A stretch of 64,000 bases of DNA from Candidatus Multivoradales bacterium (GTDB taxonomy: Bacteria > Acidobacteriota > Thermoanaerobaculia > Multivoradales > Multivoraceae): NCBI GenBank assembly GCA_965223325.1, contig CBDCWI010000001.1, positions 1,728,001 to 1,792,000 on the forward strand, read 5' to 3'. The notes beneath the pieces are model-generated. The model worked only from the letters and a program-made list of their open reading frames with translations, was not told the origin of the DNA and ran no database searches. Position 1 is the first letter of the stretch; each line of letters opens with the position of its first letter. Made by a program: the position numbers and the translations under genes. Shown piece after piece: positions 1 to 10,801 of the stretch.

Positions 1-295
1 CCACAAACGAGAGGGGACTAGGCCTCGCGGCGCCTACAAGACGATGCAGGTGAGTCCGATGCGCCGTCCGAGGAACCTCGATTGGGGGCCGAGGCCTCGG
101 GTCATCGCGTCGGACTCGTACGAACGCAATCGCCTGCTTTCGGTTTTCGATGCGGTGAGGCGGGCGCATCGCGCGGCACGGGATCTTCTGTGGAGTGGTG
201 ATCTGGAGGCGAGCTTTCCGCCGGGTACGTTCCCAAGCCCGCTGCCGTTTGTGGCCTTGGAAGGGCCCGGGCCGGGTGCACGCGACGGTCCCTGA
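1..295 (+). CDS. 3' end of a RAYT-like (Y1 HUH) transposase, 5' part outside the window
   Basis: Frame 2 is open from the window edge. The tail (PRPRVIAS...AARDLLWSGDLEASFPPGTFP) resembles the C-terminus of the transposase at 61596-62585 (ERPKVHAA...ASARLRKG...FPEHAFIP). Confidence 0.55.
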   Translation, partial: HKREGTRPRGAYKTMQVSPMRRPRNLDWGPRPRVIASDSYERNRLLSVFDAVRRAHRAARDLLWSGDLEASFPPGTFPSPLPFVALEGPGPGARDGP

Positions 296-1134
296 AGGCC
301 CAGGCCGCCAACAAAGAGGTGGTTGACGGGGTTGGGGGAGACGCACCGGCAGGTGTGGTGGCGGAGCTGCGCCTGTCGGGCGGAATGTCGAGGGCCATGA
401 GCGGCGAAGGCGAGGGTTCGGCCCTTGGGATGCCGCATCGAGGTAGTGGAGGAGGGCCGACGGAGTGCTCCGGAAACGCTGTGCGCCGCCCAGTACGGCC
501 CCGCCGTCAGAACTTACCCCCTACCCTGCTGCGCCTGCTGCGGCATCGACGTGACCCCGAGCCTGGCTCAGAGTTCAAAGTGACTCGCGCCGCGTCTTTC
601 TCGATCGAGTCCTCGAACTGATGGAGCACCTCCATAACCGAGGCGGCAGCGGTGCTCGATGAGTCCTGCGAGCCCTGACAACCTCCTTTCCCCGACGATT
701 TCAGTCGGACGTCGCACCCAACGACCGGCGCAGTCACGAGGAATCTTCGATCGCTCTGCACGGTCGCTTGCGGCGCCCGCCATTTCCCACAAGTCGAAAC
801 TTTGCAAGCGCGTCTCACGTGCGGCGCTCGATCGATCCGGCTGAAACCCGTCGCCTCTCCGCCAACCTTCTGAGAACACGGGACTTCTCAGAACTGTTCG
901 CACGACTCCGAACCAGAGCCCGACCTGGACCTCATCCCTTCTTGAAACAGGGGTTGTTCCGGGCCGTCAGAATCTTTACAGTGCCAACCAAGAAACCTTC
1001 ACAGTCTGAGTCAAGACTCACGATCCAATCCCGCCAACCGGACCCTTGGTTGGCGTACTCAGAAAGTCATTTCACGCTCGACCTGGAGCCAGCGGAACGC
1101 TCTGCTGGCGCGCGAGCCTCAAAGAGGAAGAACA

Positions 1135-4122
1135 ATGATGAGTCGAACCCGAAACACTCTCGCGGTCGTCGCGTGCGTGCTTTTTGTCGCCTGCCTCACG
1201 ACCGGAGCGGCATCGGCACAGATTCTCGGCACCATCAACGGTTACATCAGCGCCAGTAACGGTGATGCGCTCCCGGGCGTCACCGTCACGGTCACCAATC
1301 AGGACACCGGCGTCGCTCGCTCGGCCATCACTGGGGCCGACGGCTTCTACATCGTGCGCTCGCTGCCTTCCGGCACCTATTCGGTGACCGGCGCGCTCGA
1401 AGGCATGCAGACGACCCGCCAGGAGGACGTTCTTCTCCTCGTCGGCCAGCAGATCGGCATCGACCTCACGATGGGTGTTGCCACCCAGGAAGAGGTCATC
1501 ACGGTCACCGCCGATACGCCGCTGATCGAGGTCAGCCGGTCTTCTGCCGCCTCCTACATCCGCGAAGAAGAGATCGAGAACATTCCGGTTGCCGGCCGCG
1601 ACTTCAAGCAGTTCGCCCTGCTCGCGCCCACCGTCAACGACGATCCACAGCGCGGCTTCATCTCGATGAGCGGCCAGCGTGGCATTTACTCGGGTCTGCG
1701 CATCGATGGCACCTCGGGCAAGAACGCCTTCTTCGGCTACGGCAATGGCGGCGAGGCCACTGAGAACGACGGTCTGGTCATCGGCCAGGAGTCGGTCAAG
1801 GAGTTCCAGGTCATCACCAACGGTTTCAACCCCGAGTACGGTCTCGATGGCGGCGGTTTCGTCAACGTCGTCACGCGCTCGGGCTCGAACGAGATCAAGG
1901 GCTCAGCTTTTGCGTTCTACACCGACGACTCACTGTCGTCAGACATCCCGGCGAGTGACCTCGACCGGTTCCGCGACCCGAACGCCCGAGACTTCGAGCC
2001 GTCCGAGTTCGAGCGCAAGAACTGGGGCGCCACCATCGGTGGGCCGATCAAACGGGATCGAGTGCACTACTTCTTCTCCTACGACCAGACCGATCGCACG
2101 AACCCGTTCATCGATCGCCTCCGCACTCGCGGCGCCTACGACGCGGTCCTCCAACGCGCCCAGGACAACCCGGCATTCGCGGACCTGGTCGCTGACTACA
2201 CCCCCAACGACGATGGCATCGCCGCTCCGGACCCGATCAACGGTCGCACCGCCAGTGGCGTCTTCAACCGCAACGTCGACAACATCATCCTGCTCGGCAA
2301 GGTCGACTTCGCACCAAACGCCCAGAACAACGTTTCGTTGCGCTACAACTACACAGACTACGAGCGCACTTCGACCTTCCGGGACGAGGAGTCACTGAAG
2401 CAGGAAGAGGTCAACACGATCGTCGGCTCCTGGGTCTACGTACCCAACGACCAGAGCGTCGTCGACTCGCGCTTGCAGTACGCGACCGACGACCTCAACC
2501 GCGGCAACCTGCGCGTTGGTACACCGATCGAGGCGTTGATTCGCTTCCGCGGTCGCGACGGATCGAGCAGCGATCAGGTTGGCAAGTTCGACTTCCTGCC
2601 GATCGTTGCCAACACCGAGGCGATCGAATTCCGCAGCAGCTACTCGTACCTGTTCGGGGAACATGATCTGAAGTTCGGTATCGACTACGCCTCCGACAAC
2701 ATGCAGCAGATCTTTGCGGGCTCGAAGGATGGTCGCTACGACTTCAACACCATCGAGGACTTCCTCAACAACAACGCCAGTCAGGTGCGCATCTACTTCG
2801 GCAACGTCCAGTTCCCGAACTACGACGAGACCCAGGAAGTCTCGGCGCTGTTCGCCCAGGACAGCTGGCGCCCGAACGACAACCTGACCATCAACTACGG
2901 CCTGCGCTACGAACGGACCGACAATCCCGACAACATCCCGCACGTCCTTCCCGAGGGTCGCGACATTCCGGACGATGACCACATCGCCCCTCGTCTCGGC
3001 TTCGTGTGGCAGATCAGCCCTGAGCGCGGTGACGTTCTGCGCGGTGGCTTCGGCGTGTTCTACGGTCGTACGCCCACCCTCCTGTTCGCCAGCCAGGTCC
3101 AGGAGAACGGCATCTACCCGAACTACGGCCGCATCACGGTGCGCCCCGGCCAGACCGGTTTCGTGCCGCTGGGCACCCCGATCGACAACGAGAACCCGCC
3201 GGTCTCGACGATCCCGTCGACCTCGTTCCTCGATCCAGCGTTCAAGGATGCCAAGAACACGCGCATCAACCTCGGCTACGAGATCCCCATCGGTCGCAAC
3301 TGGTCAGCCGGCGCCGACCTGCTCTACGCCGAGGGCAAGAACAACCAGCGTAACTTCAACGACAACCTGCAGATCGAGAGCTTCGACGCGTTCGGCCGTC
3401 CGCAATACTCGCGTGATCTGCCGAACCCGAACTTCAACACGATCTTCGTGCGTCGTTCGATTGGTGAGTCCGAGTACCGGGCAGCCACGCTGAAGGTCAC
3501 GCGCCGTTACACCGGTCGCTACACCTTCCAGGCGCACTACACCAACGCCAGCGACGAAGACGACGACTCGAACGAGAGAAACGCCACAGACGTCACGGTG
3601 TCGAACCTGCTCGACCCGAGCTACGACTACGGTACGTCGTATCGCGAGGTCGAGCATCGCTTCGTCGCCTTCGGTGTCGTTGACCTGCCGGCGGGTTTCC
3701 GGATCGGCGGAACATTCAAGTTCCAGTCGGGCTCGCCCTACACGGCGATCGACGCCAACCAGTTCGGTGCTGGCTGCCCGACCACGGTGTGCCCCGCACC
3801 CCGTGCAGTCATTAACGGGCAACTGGTGGGCCGCAACACCTTCCAGAACGACGACTGGACGCAGTTCGACCTGCGTCTGGGGTGGAACGGAGATCTCGGC
3901 AACGCAGGTTCGATCGAGATCTTCGCCGAAGCGTTCAACCTGTTCGACGAGAAGTCCTTCGCGGTCAACTCGCCGTTCAACCAGACGCTGAGTCCCTTCA
4001 ACACCACGTCGCAGCAGGAGCCCCTGCTCAGCAATGGCAACCCGAACCCCGAGTTCGGAATCGGTGACAACCGGGTGCTGCAACCACGCCGCATCCAGTT
4101 CGGAGCTCGCTACCGTTTCTAG
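1135..4122 (+). CDS. TonB-dependent receptor, Oar-like, with N-terminal carboxypeptidase-regulatory-like domain
   Basis: 995 aa; signal peptide; LPGVTVTVTN domain; ESVKEFQV..NGFNPEYG plug motif; FAQDSWR..NLTINYGLRYE; C-terminal PRRIQFGARYRF. Confidence 0.93.
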   Translation: MMSRTRNTLAVVACVLFVACLTTGAASAQILGTINGYISASNGDALPGVTVTVTNQDTGVARSAITGADGFYIVRSLPSGTYSVTGALEGMQTTRQEDVLLLVGQQIGIDLTMGVATQEEVITVTADTPLIEVSRSSAASYIREEEIENIPVAGRDFKQFALLAPTVNDDPQRGFISMSGQRGIYSGLRIDGTSGKNAFFGYGNGGEATENDGLVIGQESVKEFQVITNGFNPEYGLDGGGFVNVVTRSGSNEIKGSAFAFYTDDSLSSDIPASDLDRFRDPNARDFEPSEFERKNWGATIGGPIKRDRVHYFFSYDQTDRTNPFIDRLRTRGAYDAVLQRAQDNPAFADLVADYTPNDDGIAAPDPINGRTASGVFNRNVDNIILLGKVDFAPNAQNNVSLRYNYTDYERTSTFRDEESLKQEEVNTIVGSWVYVPNDQSVVDSRLQYATDDLNRGNLRVGTPIEALIRFRGRDGSSSDQVGKFDFLPIVANTEAIEFRSSYSYLFGEHDLKFGIDYASDNMQQIFAGSKDGRYDFNTIEDFLNNNASQVRIYFGNVQFPNYDETQEVSALFAQDSWRPNDNLTINYGLRYERTDNPDNIPHVLPEGRDIPDDDHIAPRLGFVWQISPERGDVLRGGFGVFYGRTPTLLFASQVQENGIYPNYGRITVRPGQTGFVPLGTPIDNENPPVSTIPSTSFLDPAFKDAKNTRINLGYEIPIGRNWSAGADLLYAEGKNNQRNFNDNLQIESFDAFGRPQYSRDLPNPNFNTIFVRRSIGESEYRAATLKVTRRYTGRYTFQAHYTNASDEDDDSNERNATDVTVSNLLDPSYDYGTSYREVEHRFVAFGVVDLPAGFRIGGTFKFQSGSPYTAIDANQFGAGCPTTVCPAPRAVINGQLVGRNTFQNDDWTQFDLRLGWNGDLGNAGSIEIFAEAFNLFDEKSFAVNSPFNQTLSPFNTTSQQEPLLSNGNPNPEFGIGDNRVLQPRRIQFGARYRF

Positions 4123-4157
4123 GCATGACCTGAAAACGTTAGATCGCTGACGAAGGG

Positions 4158-4197
4158 AAAGGAGGGAGCCACTTGTTTGTGCGCTCCCTCCTTTTTT
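4158..4197 (+). terminator. Intrinsic terminator-like hairpin
   Basis: aaaGGAGGGAGC-loop-GCTCCCTCCtttttt, shortly after the receptor stop codon. Confidence 0.7.
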
Positions 4198-5954
4198 GGT
4201 GCCTGGTCGCAAGCGGCCAGTGGGGTCTCGCGGACCCGGCCGCCGCGCAAAGAGAGCCGGTTGACGTGTCAGCGCGGTGGAGCGAACGCACAGCCGAGCT
4301 CGGCATTGCGTTTCGCCACCGGCACTTCGGAAGCGGCGAGAAGTACATGCCCGAGAACATGGCACCGGGTGTCGCGGTTTTCGACGCCAACGGCGACGGT
4401 CGACTCGACCTCTTCTTCCCCCAGGGCGCTCCTCTCGAGACCAACTCCGCGACGGGGCCGGTGCCGGTCAGCGCAGACTCCGGTTTGGCGATCACCGACC
4501 ACTATTACGAGCAACACGAAAACGGAAGCTTCGTGAACAAAACAGGGATCGCCGGACTGGCACGCTCGGCCTACGGCATGGGCGCCTACACAGGTGACAT
4601 CAACGGCGATGGCTGGCTCGACCTCTACGTCACTCGCTTCGGCCCCAACGATCTCTACGTCAATCGCGGCGATGGAACGTTCGAACACCAGAGCGGCGAA
4701 CGTTCGGCTGCCAACGAGGCCTGGAGTACCGGCGCCGGATTCTTCGACCCAGACGCCGATGGCGACCTCGATCTCCTGGTCGTCAACTACGTCGACTTCG
4801 CTTTCGATCGCCATCGCTTCTGCGGCGACGCGCGGCGCCAGCTGCGCTCTTACTGTCATCCCGACGTCTACTCCGGCCTCGCCGACACCTTCTATTTGAA
4901 CGATGGCCGCGGCCACTTCACACACTCTCCTGGCGTTGGGCTCGCCTCGCCATCCAAGGAGAAGGGCCTGGGCGTCATCTTTTCGGACTTCGACGGTGAT
5001 GGAAGGCCGGATGCCTACATCGCCAACGACTCGACGATGAATCGGCTTTATGTGAGCCGCATGGCGCCCGACGGCAGCCTGCGCTTCGAAGAAGGCGCGC
5101 TTCTCGCTGGCGTTGCGGTCAACGGGAGTGGCAAGGCGGAGGCGAGCATGGGGCTGGCAGCCGGTGATGTCGACGGTGACGGCCATCTCGACCTCTTCGC
5201 CACCCATCTCGACCAGGAGACCAACACGCTCTATCGCAACCTGGGCAACGGGAGCTGGACCGACGTCACCGAACGTTCGGGCTTGGCGTCGCCGAGCCTT
5301 CCATGGGTCGGTTTCGGCACCGTGCTCTTCGACCAGGACAACGACGGTGACCTCGACTTGTTCGTGACCAACGGCCACATCATCGACAACATCAGCGAAC
5401 TCGATGATAGCCGCCAGCATGCGCAGCCTACGCAGCTCTTCGACAACCAGGGCAATGGAAAGTTCCACGACATTTCGGCCTCACTTGGTCTGAGCCGCCC
5501 GCTCGTCGGTCGTGGCGCCGTGGGTGCGGACCTCGATCGTGACGGTGACCTCGACCTGGTGATCACCCAGAACGACGGTCCCGCGATCGTGCTTTCGAAC
5601 GACCTCTCGGGCAGCTCGCAGTCGCTCGAGGTCCGGCTCATCGGTAGAGAAAGCAACCGCTTCGGGCTCGGGGCACGGCTGGAGCTGGTTGGACAGGACG
5701 GTAAGAAGCAGGTGCGCGACCTGCAGAGCTCATCGAGCTACCTCTCGCAGGGCCCACCCGAAGTGCACTTCGGCCTCGGCAGCGCAGGAAGGATCGCCCA
5801 GCTGACCGTCGAGTGGCCGTCGGGGCAGATCGACCGCTACCAGAACCTGGAAGCGGGGTACCTCTACACGCTGGTCGAAGGGGAAACTGCCTCGGGAGCC
5901 GCCGAAGCTTCCTCACCACCCGCCATCGAAAGAACGGCCTTCAACCGTCGCTGA
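4173..5954 (+). CDS. CRTAC1-family / ASPIC-UnbV protein with FG-GAP-like repeats
   Basis: Repeated DxNGDGxLDL / DxDGDGxxD motifs; SMGLAAGD; C-terminal IGRESNRFGLGARL...SYLSQ..VHFGLG..VEWPSG. Confidence 0.9.
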   Translation: MFVRSLLFWCLVASGQWGLADPAAAQREPVDVSARWSERTAELGIAFRHRHFGSGEKYMPENMAPGVAVFDANGDGRLDLFFPQGAPLETNSATGPVPVSADSGLAITDHYYEQHENGSFVNKTGIAGLARSAYGMGAYTGDINGDGWLDLYVTRFGPNDLYVNRGDGTFEHQSGERSAANEAWSTGAGFFDPDADGDLDLLVVNYVDFAFDRHRFCGDARRQLRSYCHPDVYSGLADTFYLNDGRGHFTHSPGVGLASPSKEKGLGVIFSDFDGDGRPDAYIANDSTMNRLYVSRMAPDGSLRFEEGALLAGVAVNGSGKAEASMGLAAGDVDGDGHLDLFATHLDQETNTLYRNLGNGSWTDVTERSGLASPSLPWVGFGTVLFDQDNDGDLDLFVTNGHIIDNISELDDSRQHAQPTQLFDNQGNGKFHDISASLGLSRPLVGRGAVGADLDRDGDLDLVITQNDGPAIVLSNDLSGSSQSLEVRLIGRESNRFGLGARLELVGQDGKKQVRDLQSSSSYLSQGPPEVHFGLGSAGRIAQLTVEWPSGQIDRYQNLEAGYLYTLVEGETASGAAEASSPPAIERTAFNRR

Positions 5955-7395
5955 ACTTCCGGTACGCCTCGAGTTGCACGGCGCTCTCGGCGTCACGGCC
6001 GAGACTCGCCAGCGCCTCGGCCCAGGCAAGCCGAAGTTCCGGGTTGTCGGCGTCGAGCTCCAGTGCGCGCTCGAAGTACGGAATTGCCTCTTGCGCGCGG
6101 CCCGACTTGAGCAACGCGACACCGAGCATCTGATGAGCCAGAGCCTCTCGATCGTCGATCGCGAGGGCGCGCCGCAACGCCTTCTCGGCGGCCGGCAGCT
6201 CTTCGAGGGTCAGCCTGAAGACCCCTTCCAGGTAGTGCGGTTCGAGAAGGCCGGGCGCCAAACGCGCCGCGCTGGCCATCGCTAGCGCGGCCTCCGAGCG
6301 CTTGCCCATCGAAAACAGGACTTTGCCCTTGAGAATGAGGGCGCGAAACTCGTCGGGCCGTTCGTTCAAAAGCTGGTCGAGCACCCCTATCGCCTCGTCG
6401 AGCCGGTTCTGACTGGCAGCCTGCTGCGCCTCGTTGAGGGTGGTCCCGATCCGCTTGTCGTCCCAGTCCGCCGCGTCGGTCCCGGCGCTCAAAGCCTGAA
6501 AACGCTCGAGCGCCTTCGCCGCACGGTCTTGATCTCCAGCCCGGCCGAGGGCTGTCCCGAGCCGGTAGTGCGCCTCCGCCGATTCAGGTTCGAGCGCCAC
6601 CGCCTGCTCGAGGGTCTCGACTGCTTCATCGACCTGGCCCGCTTCGAGCTGCAGGCTACCTAGTTCGAGAGCGATCCGCCCATCTCGAACCCCCTCTGCC
6701 CTACCCGCTTCAAAGGCCCGTCGCAACCAGGGAAGAGCCTCGGCGCGCCGCGCGGGAACGGATGCGAGCGCCAGGCCCCAAGGGAGAGCGAGATGGTCAG
6801 GCGCGACCTCGACATGCGGCGCCAGACGCTCGGCGGCCTCTTCGGCACGCCCTTCAGAGACCAGGAGCAGCGCAAGCTCACGGAGCAGCAAGGTGGCGTC
6901 GACGCCTTCGGCGGCGGATAGGAGCTCGATCGCTTCCGCGTGCCTTCCCATATCGCGCAACAGGAGGGCCGGGAGAATCCAGCCCTCGTGATTCTCGGGG
7001 GCGAGGCGACGCAGGCGCTCGAACGACTGCAGGGCCTGGTCGACCGCACCAATTCGCGACAGTAGGCGGCCGATCGCAAGCACCGCGAGCGGCGACTCCG
7101 AATCCAGGGCCTGGGCCCGACGAGCGGCCTCGAGGGCTTCGAAGTGATCTCCGCGGCGCTCTCGCGCATGCGCCAGTGCCAGCCAGGCGCGCTGGTCTCC
7201 GGCCGCCGCCTCTGTCGCTTGCGTGAAGATCTCGAGGGCGGCAACCACATCTCCGTTCTCGAGGAGTCGTCCGCCGCGCGTGAGAAGCGCATCCACGTCG
7301 ATTCGGCTCTCGGGGCTCGAAACCCTGTCCTGAGCGACCGCCGGTTGCAGCAGAAGAACGAACAGGGTGAAGTATCCAAGACAAAAGCGCATCAC
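5941..7395 (-). CDS. Secreted tetratricopeptide-repeat protein
   Basis: Signal peptide followed by many TPR-like helices (AEAHYRLGTAL, AHQMLGVALL, FERALELD). Confidence 0.85.
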   Translation of the reverse strand: MMRFCLGYFTLFVLLLQPAVAQDRVSSPESRIDVDALLTRGGRLLENGDVVAALEIFTQATEAAAGDQRAWLALAHARERRGDHFEALEAARRAQALDSESPLAVLAIGRLLSRIGAVDQALQSFERLRRLAPENHEGWILPALLLRDMGRHAEAIELLSAAEGVDATLLLRELALLLVSEGRAEEAAERLAPHVEVAPDHLALPWGLALASVPARRAEALPWLRRAFEAGRAEGVRDGRIALELGSLQLEAGQVDEAVETLEQAVALEPESAEAHYRLGTALGRAGDQDRAAKALERFQALSAGTDAADWDDKRIGTTLNEAQQAASQNRLDEAIGVLDQLLNERPDEFRALILKGKVLFSMGKRSEAALAMASAARLAPGLLEPHYLEGVFRLTLEELPAAEKALRRALAIDDREALAHQMLGVALLKSGRAQEAIPYFERALELDADNPELRLAWAEALASLGRDAESAVQLEAYRKFSDG

Positions 7396-7426
7396 ACCAG
7401 TTTATGGCAGCCGGTATGGTTCGCAG

Positions 7427-8344
7427 ATGCCCGCAGCAGATCTCGAAACCCGCCTCGTCCTCGACGACGACCATGACGCTCTGGCGGTGGCGCACGGCAC
7501 GATCGCCACCATCGGTGACCCCGCCGAACGGCGACGGGGCAACGAGCTGCTGCGCGCCCGGCGAACGCCCGCCGGCCCAGCGACCGTCTGGCTCCGTCAG
7601 CGGGCGGCGACTCTCGAAGCGCGCTTCTGGGGGCCGGGCTCAGCGTGGGCCTTCGACCAACTACCGCGCTTGATCGGTCTCGACGATTGCCAAGCACGCG
7701 AGTTCTGCCCCACTCAGCTCGAAGGCGCGGCGAAGTTCGCCGAGCCGCGGCCACAGGTGATTCGCATCGGTGCCTCCGACACCGTGTTCGAAGCGTGCGT
7801 CGGAGCGATTCTCGGGCAGAAGGTCGTCGGCAAGGAGGCCGCTATGTCCTACCGCGCGATGAGCCGGGAATGGGGCGAGGCCGCCCCCGGTCCCGGGAAA
7901 CTCAGGCTCCCACCTGCCCCGCGAACCTTGCTCGCGCACGACTACGCAGAGTTCCACCGTTTCGGTATCGAACGCCGGCGTGCACAGACGGTGCTCGAGG
8001 CGGCACGCTCCGCCCATCGACTCGAAGAGATTCCTGCAATGGAACGAGGGGCGGCCACCGAACGGCTCCGCAGCCTGCCGGGAGTGGGGGCGTGGACAAC
8101 GGCGCTCGTCCGCGTCGCAGCCCTTGGTGACCCCGACGCCGTCCTGGTCGGCGACTACCACCTTCCCAACCTGGTCACCTGGAACCTCGCTGGCGAACCG
8201 CGCGGCTCTGACCGCCGCATGCTGGAGCTACTCGAGCCCTACCGCGGGCACCGGGCCCGCGTGCTGCGCTGGCTGAAGCGCCACGGTCGCGACGCGCCGC
8301 GCTATGGCCCCCGGCTCGAGTTTCGGCGCGTCGAGCGCTGGTGA
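7427..8344 (+). CDS. DNA-3-methyladenine glycosylase 2 family (AlkA-like HhH-GPD)
   Basis: AILGQKV, HhH motif LRSLPGVGAWT, GDPDAVLVGDYHLP, LEPYRGHR. Start set at ATG 7427. Confidence 0.85.
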   Translation: MPAADLETRLVLDDDHDALAVAHGTIATIGDPAERRRGNELLRARRTPAGPATVWLRQRAATLEARFWGPGSAWAFDQLPRLIGLDDCQAREFCPTQLEGAAKFAEPRPQVIRIGASDTVFEACVGAILGQKVVGKEAAMSYRAMSREWGEAAPGPGKLRLPPAPRTLLAHDYAEFHRFGIERRRAQTVLEAARSAHRLEEIPAMERGAATERLRSLPGVGAWTTALVRVAALGDPDAVLVGDYHLPNLVTWNLAGEPRGSDRRMLELLEPYRGHRARVLRWLKRHGRDAPRYGPRLEFRRVERW

Positions 8345-8348
8345 CCTG

Positions 8349-9602
8349 TCAGGGGAGGCGGTAGACGAGCGGACGCGTCTCGTCGTCGGGCTTGGGGTGG
8401 GCCGCCTCTTTCGAGGCTGTTGCCGACCCGCCACCTGCCAGCACCGATCGCGGAAGTGCCATCGCGCGCGCCTGTCGCGGCACGAGCCGTGGTCGCGGAG
8501 CCAGTTCGGGAGCCCGAGCGGATGCTTCGACTTCGAACTGCGCGAGGTGATGTGCATGCGCGAAGGCAAGCAGCCAGTTGTCCAACAACCGCCACGAAGC
8601 CGACAGCCGTGCGGCGGTGACCTCCTCGGCGCTTCGCAAGCACATCCGCTCGATCCAATCCGCTACGCGAAGCAGACTGCGACTCGTCGCCGGGCGGTCA
8701 CCGTCATCGACCAACAAGCCGGCTACGATCTCACCTTGCACTTCGATGGCCGCCAGCCAGGCACCGAGGCTCTCGAGCCGGTGAGCTTCACGAGGCGCGA
8801 GGCGCGACAGAAGAGAACCGAGACGCGCATCGCGCATCGCGACCGGGTTGGCGACCTCGCCGGTTGCGCTCTGAAAGCGCATGCCCGCGGGCAGCAGGCA
8901 TGCGAGCCACGCGGTACGACCATCGTCTGCAAGGGTCCCCAACGGACCTGCCATTTGCTCGGTGGTGAAGGCAAAATCGTTGAGATCCTCGAGCAGATCG
9001 AGGGAAGCCGCTCCCGTCGACCGCACCTTTGACGGCGCGATCCGCTCGTGCCAGACCGCCGCCAGCCGGCGCTCCAAGATCTGACGCTGGCGCGCCGACG
9101 ATGCGGCCGCACAGGCACGCAGAACATCCTCGCCGCGCGCTCCGAGGTCAGCGGGCGTAATCACCCGGTAGATACCGTGCTGCCAGGAGAGGACTTCTTG
9201 CAAGTCGGCCACCGCGACCGCCGCCAGTGCCTCCTGAAGTGCTGCCTCGGTCACCGCGCGCTGCTCGAGCAGCAATGTGCCGAGTGGCAGCGGAGCGCCG
9301 GCCTGATTCTGTTGCGAGCGCGCGAGATCGATCGCTTCGTGGCCGATGACGCGGCGCATTTCGAGATGATTGAGTACCCGTTCTTCGACTCCATTGCGCA
9401 CGGCGTAGCGGATGCCGCCGTTATGCAACACCAGAACGGCCTGCCCACGACGGTGGGTCACTGCCACCAGGCGGGTTCCCCGGCCACGACCGACCATTTC
9501 CAAAATCGAGTGAAGGTGCCCGGCGATGCGCCCGCTGGACATGGTCTCGAAGACCGGCCTGGAGCCCGCCTGTTGAGCGGACTGATCGCGTGCTTCGATC
9601 AC
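8349..9602 (-). CDS. DUF4388 (PatA-N-like) domain protein
   Basis: N-terminal SGRI..LHSILEMV...LHNGGIRYA...PLGTLLLEQRAVTEAALQEAL...VLSWQHG pattern. Confidence 0.65.
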   Translation of the reverse strand: MIEARDQSAQQAGSRPVFETMSSGRIAGHLHSILEMVGRGRGTRLVAVTHRRGQAVLVLHNGGIRYAVRNGVEERVLNHLEMRRVIGHEAIDLARSQQNQAGAPLPLGTLLLEQRAVTEAALQEALAAVAVADLQEVLSWQHGIYRVITPADLGARGEDVLRACAAASSARQRQILERRLAAVWHERIAPSKVRSTGAASLDLLEDLNDFAFTTEQMAGPLGTLADDGRTAWLACLLPAGMRFQSATGEVANPVAMRDARLGSLLSRLAPREAHRLESLGAWLAAIEVQGEIVAGLLVDDGDRPATSRSLLRVADWIERMCLRSAEEVTAARLSASWRLLDNWLLAFAHAHHLAQFEVEASARAPELAPRPRLVPRQARAMALPRSVLAGGGSATASKEAAHPKPDDETRPLVYRLP

Positions 9603-10690
9603 GGTCCAGCCTCGACGAGAGGCCGCACCGGCGAATAGACCTCGGGAGCCTTTTTCGGAGGGTCCCCCTGTTCTGTCGGCGACGACTCAGGCCGCCGGAG
9701 TACCGAGAGAAGCGCGGGGTCAGCTGACGGCTGATGCGGAAGGTGGTATGCATCGGGGGCTTCGTTCGCCCCGGAAGCGAAGTCGTGTGTCCATCGGTAG
9801 AGCAACTCTCGTTCGAGCGCCTCACAAGCGGCGTCGCGACTGCGCTGAGTTGGTGCCAGTGACAGTCGCCCACCGGCAATGCTGTCGCAGTAGAGAACCA
9901 GGCTCGCCCGACCCTCGATGATGAGAGGCAGAGCCACCGCGAGTTCCGGAACGACGCCGCGCAGGCCCTCGACCAACAACTCGTTTCCCTCGAGCGGCGC
10001 CAGGTGCCCGATGACGTCGCGACCGGACTCCTTCGCCTGCCCGAGCGTCGAGCGCAGCGACGCCGGAATGAACAGCTCGAGCTCTGAGTCAATCGAACGG
10101 CCGCGAGCCGCGACACACTCGAGTCCACCGGGCCGGTCGAGGAAGACGAGCGCGCGGTCGAATGTTCGAAGGGCATCTTCGAGCAGCTCGTTGATGACCT
10201 CGCGGCCGCGATCGATCGACTCGGCCGGCGCCACATTGCCGAACGCCGTCGCCGCACGCTGGGATGGTGCGGCGGGCTCCTCGCCCAGCAGGTCGTCGGC
10301 GGTCGGCAGGCTGGCATCGTCCACGGTAAGAGCAGTGGAGTCTTCAGGCCTCTCGCTCTCCACCGGACGGTGCCTCTCCTTCGGGCGCTCGACTGGACGC
10401 GCGGCAAGCAATTCGTCGAGGACCTCGGTTGGTTCATCGGTCGCGGCCGGGTCCTCGGTCGGGAGCGGTTCACGACGGACCGAATCAGCATCGACCTCCG
10501 GAGCCAGGGCCGGCGCTCCCAGGATGCCGGCGTAGGCAACTCTGTGCCCGCGGTACGGCTTGATCTCGAGTCCAGAAGGTGACCACTCGCGCGACGCCTG
10601 GTCGACGAAAGGGTTACCCGACTCGCTGCGCTTTGCCGGGGAGAGAAACCTCAGCAAGCGATCGAGGGTGCCAGTACTCTTCGATTCCAT
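9599..10690 (-). CDS. Hypothetical protein: acidic low-complexity linker plus GAF-like C-terminal region
   Basis: 363 aa; RBS ggag upstream; 4-nt overlap with the DUF4388 gene; FDRALVF...AVALPLIIEGRASLVLYCD is GAF-like. Confidence 0.55.
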   Translation of the reverse strand: MESKSTGTLDRLLRFLSPAKRSESGNPFVDQASREWSPSGLEIKPYRGHRVAYAGILGAPALAPEVDADSVRREPLPTEDPAATDEPTEVLDELLAARPVERPKERHRPVESERPEDSTALTVDDASLPTADDLLGEEPAAPSQRAATAFGNVAPAESIDRGREVINELLEDALRTFDRALVFLDRPGGLECVAARGRSIDSELELFIPASLRSTLGQAKESGRDVIGHLAPLEGNELLVEGLRGVVPELAVALPLIIEGRASLVLYCDSIAGGRLSLAPTQRSRDAACEALERELLYRWTHDFASGANEAPDAYHLPHQPSADPALLSVLRRPESSPTEQGDPPKKAPEVYSPVRPLVEAGP

Positions 10691-10784
10691 TGTGCAGCTC
10701 CAGCGAGGCGGAGATTCGAACCATCAGCTCGGAAGGAAAGGGGATGGGGCACAAGGAAAGCAAATCAGCGAACACCTGTCTAGA

Positions 10785-10801
10785 AGCAACGCCTGTGCCA
10801 A
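10785..10801 (-). promoter_or_regulatory. Sigma-54 (-24/-12) promoter of the 10690/9602 operon
   Basis: Minus strand TTGGCACAGGCGTTGCT matches TGGCAC-N5-TTGC with exact GG-N10-GC spacing, about 95 nt upstream of the start codon. Confidence 0.75.

Noticed and set aside
296-1134. Short ORFs or a riboswitch upstream of the first TonB receptor
   Set aside because: No recognisable protein motif and no cobalamin/TPP aptamer consensus by eye. An Rfam scan would be needed to exclude one.
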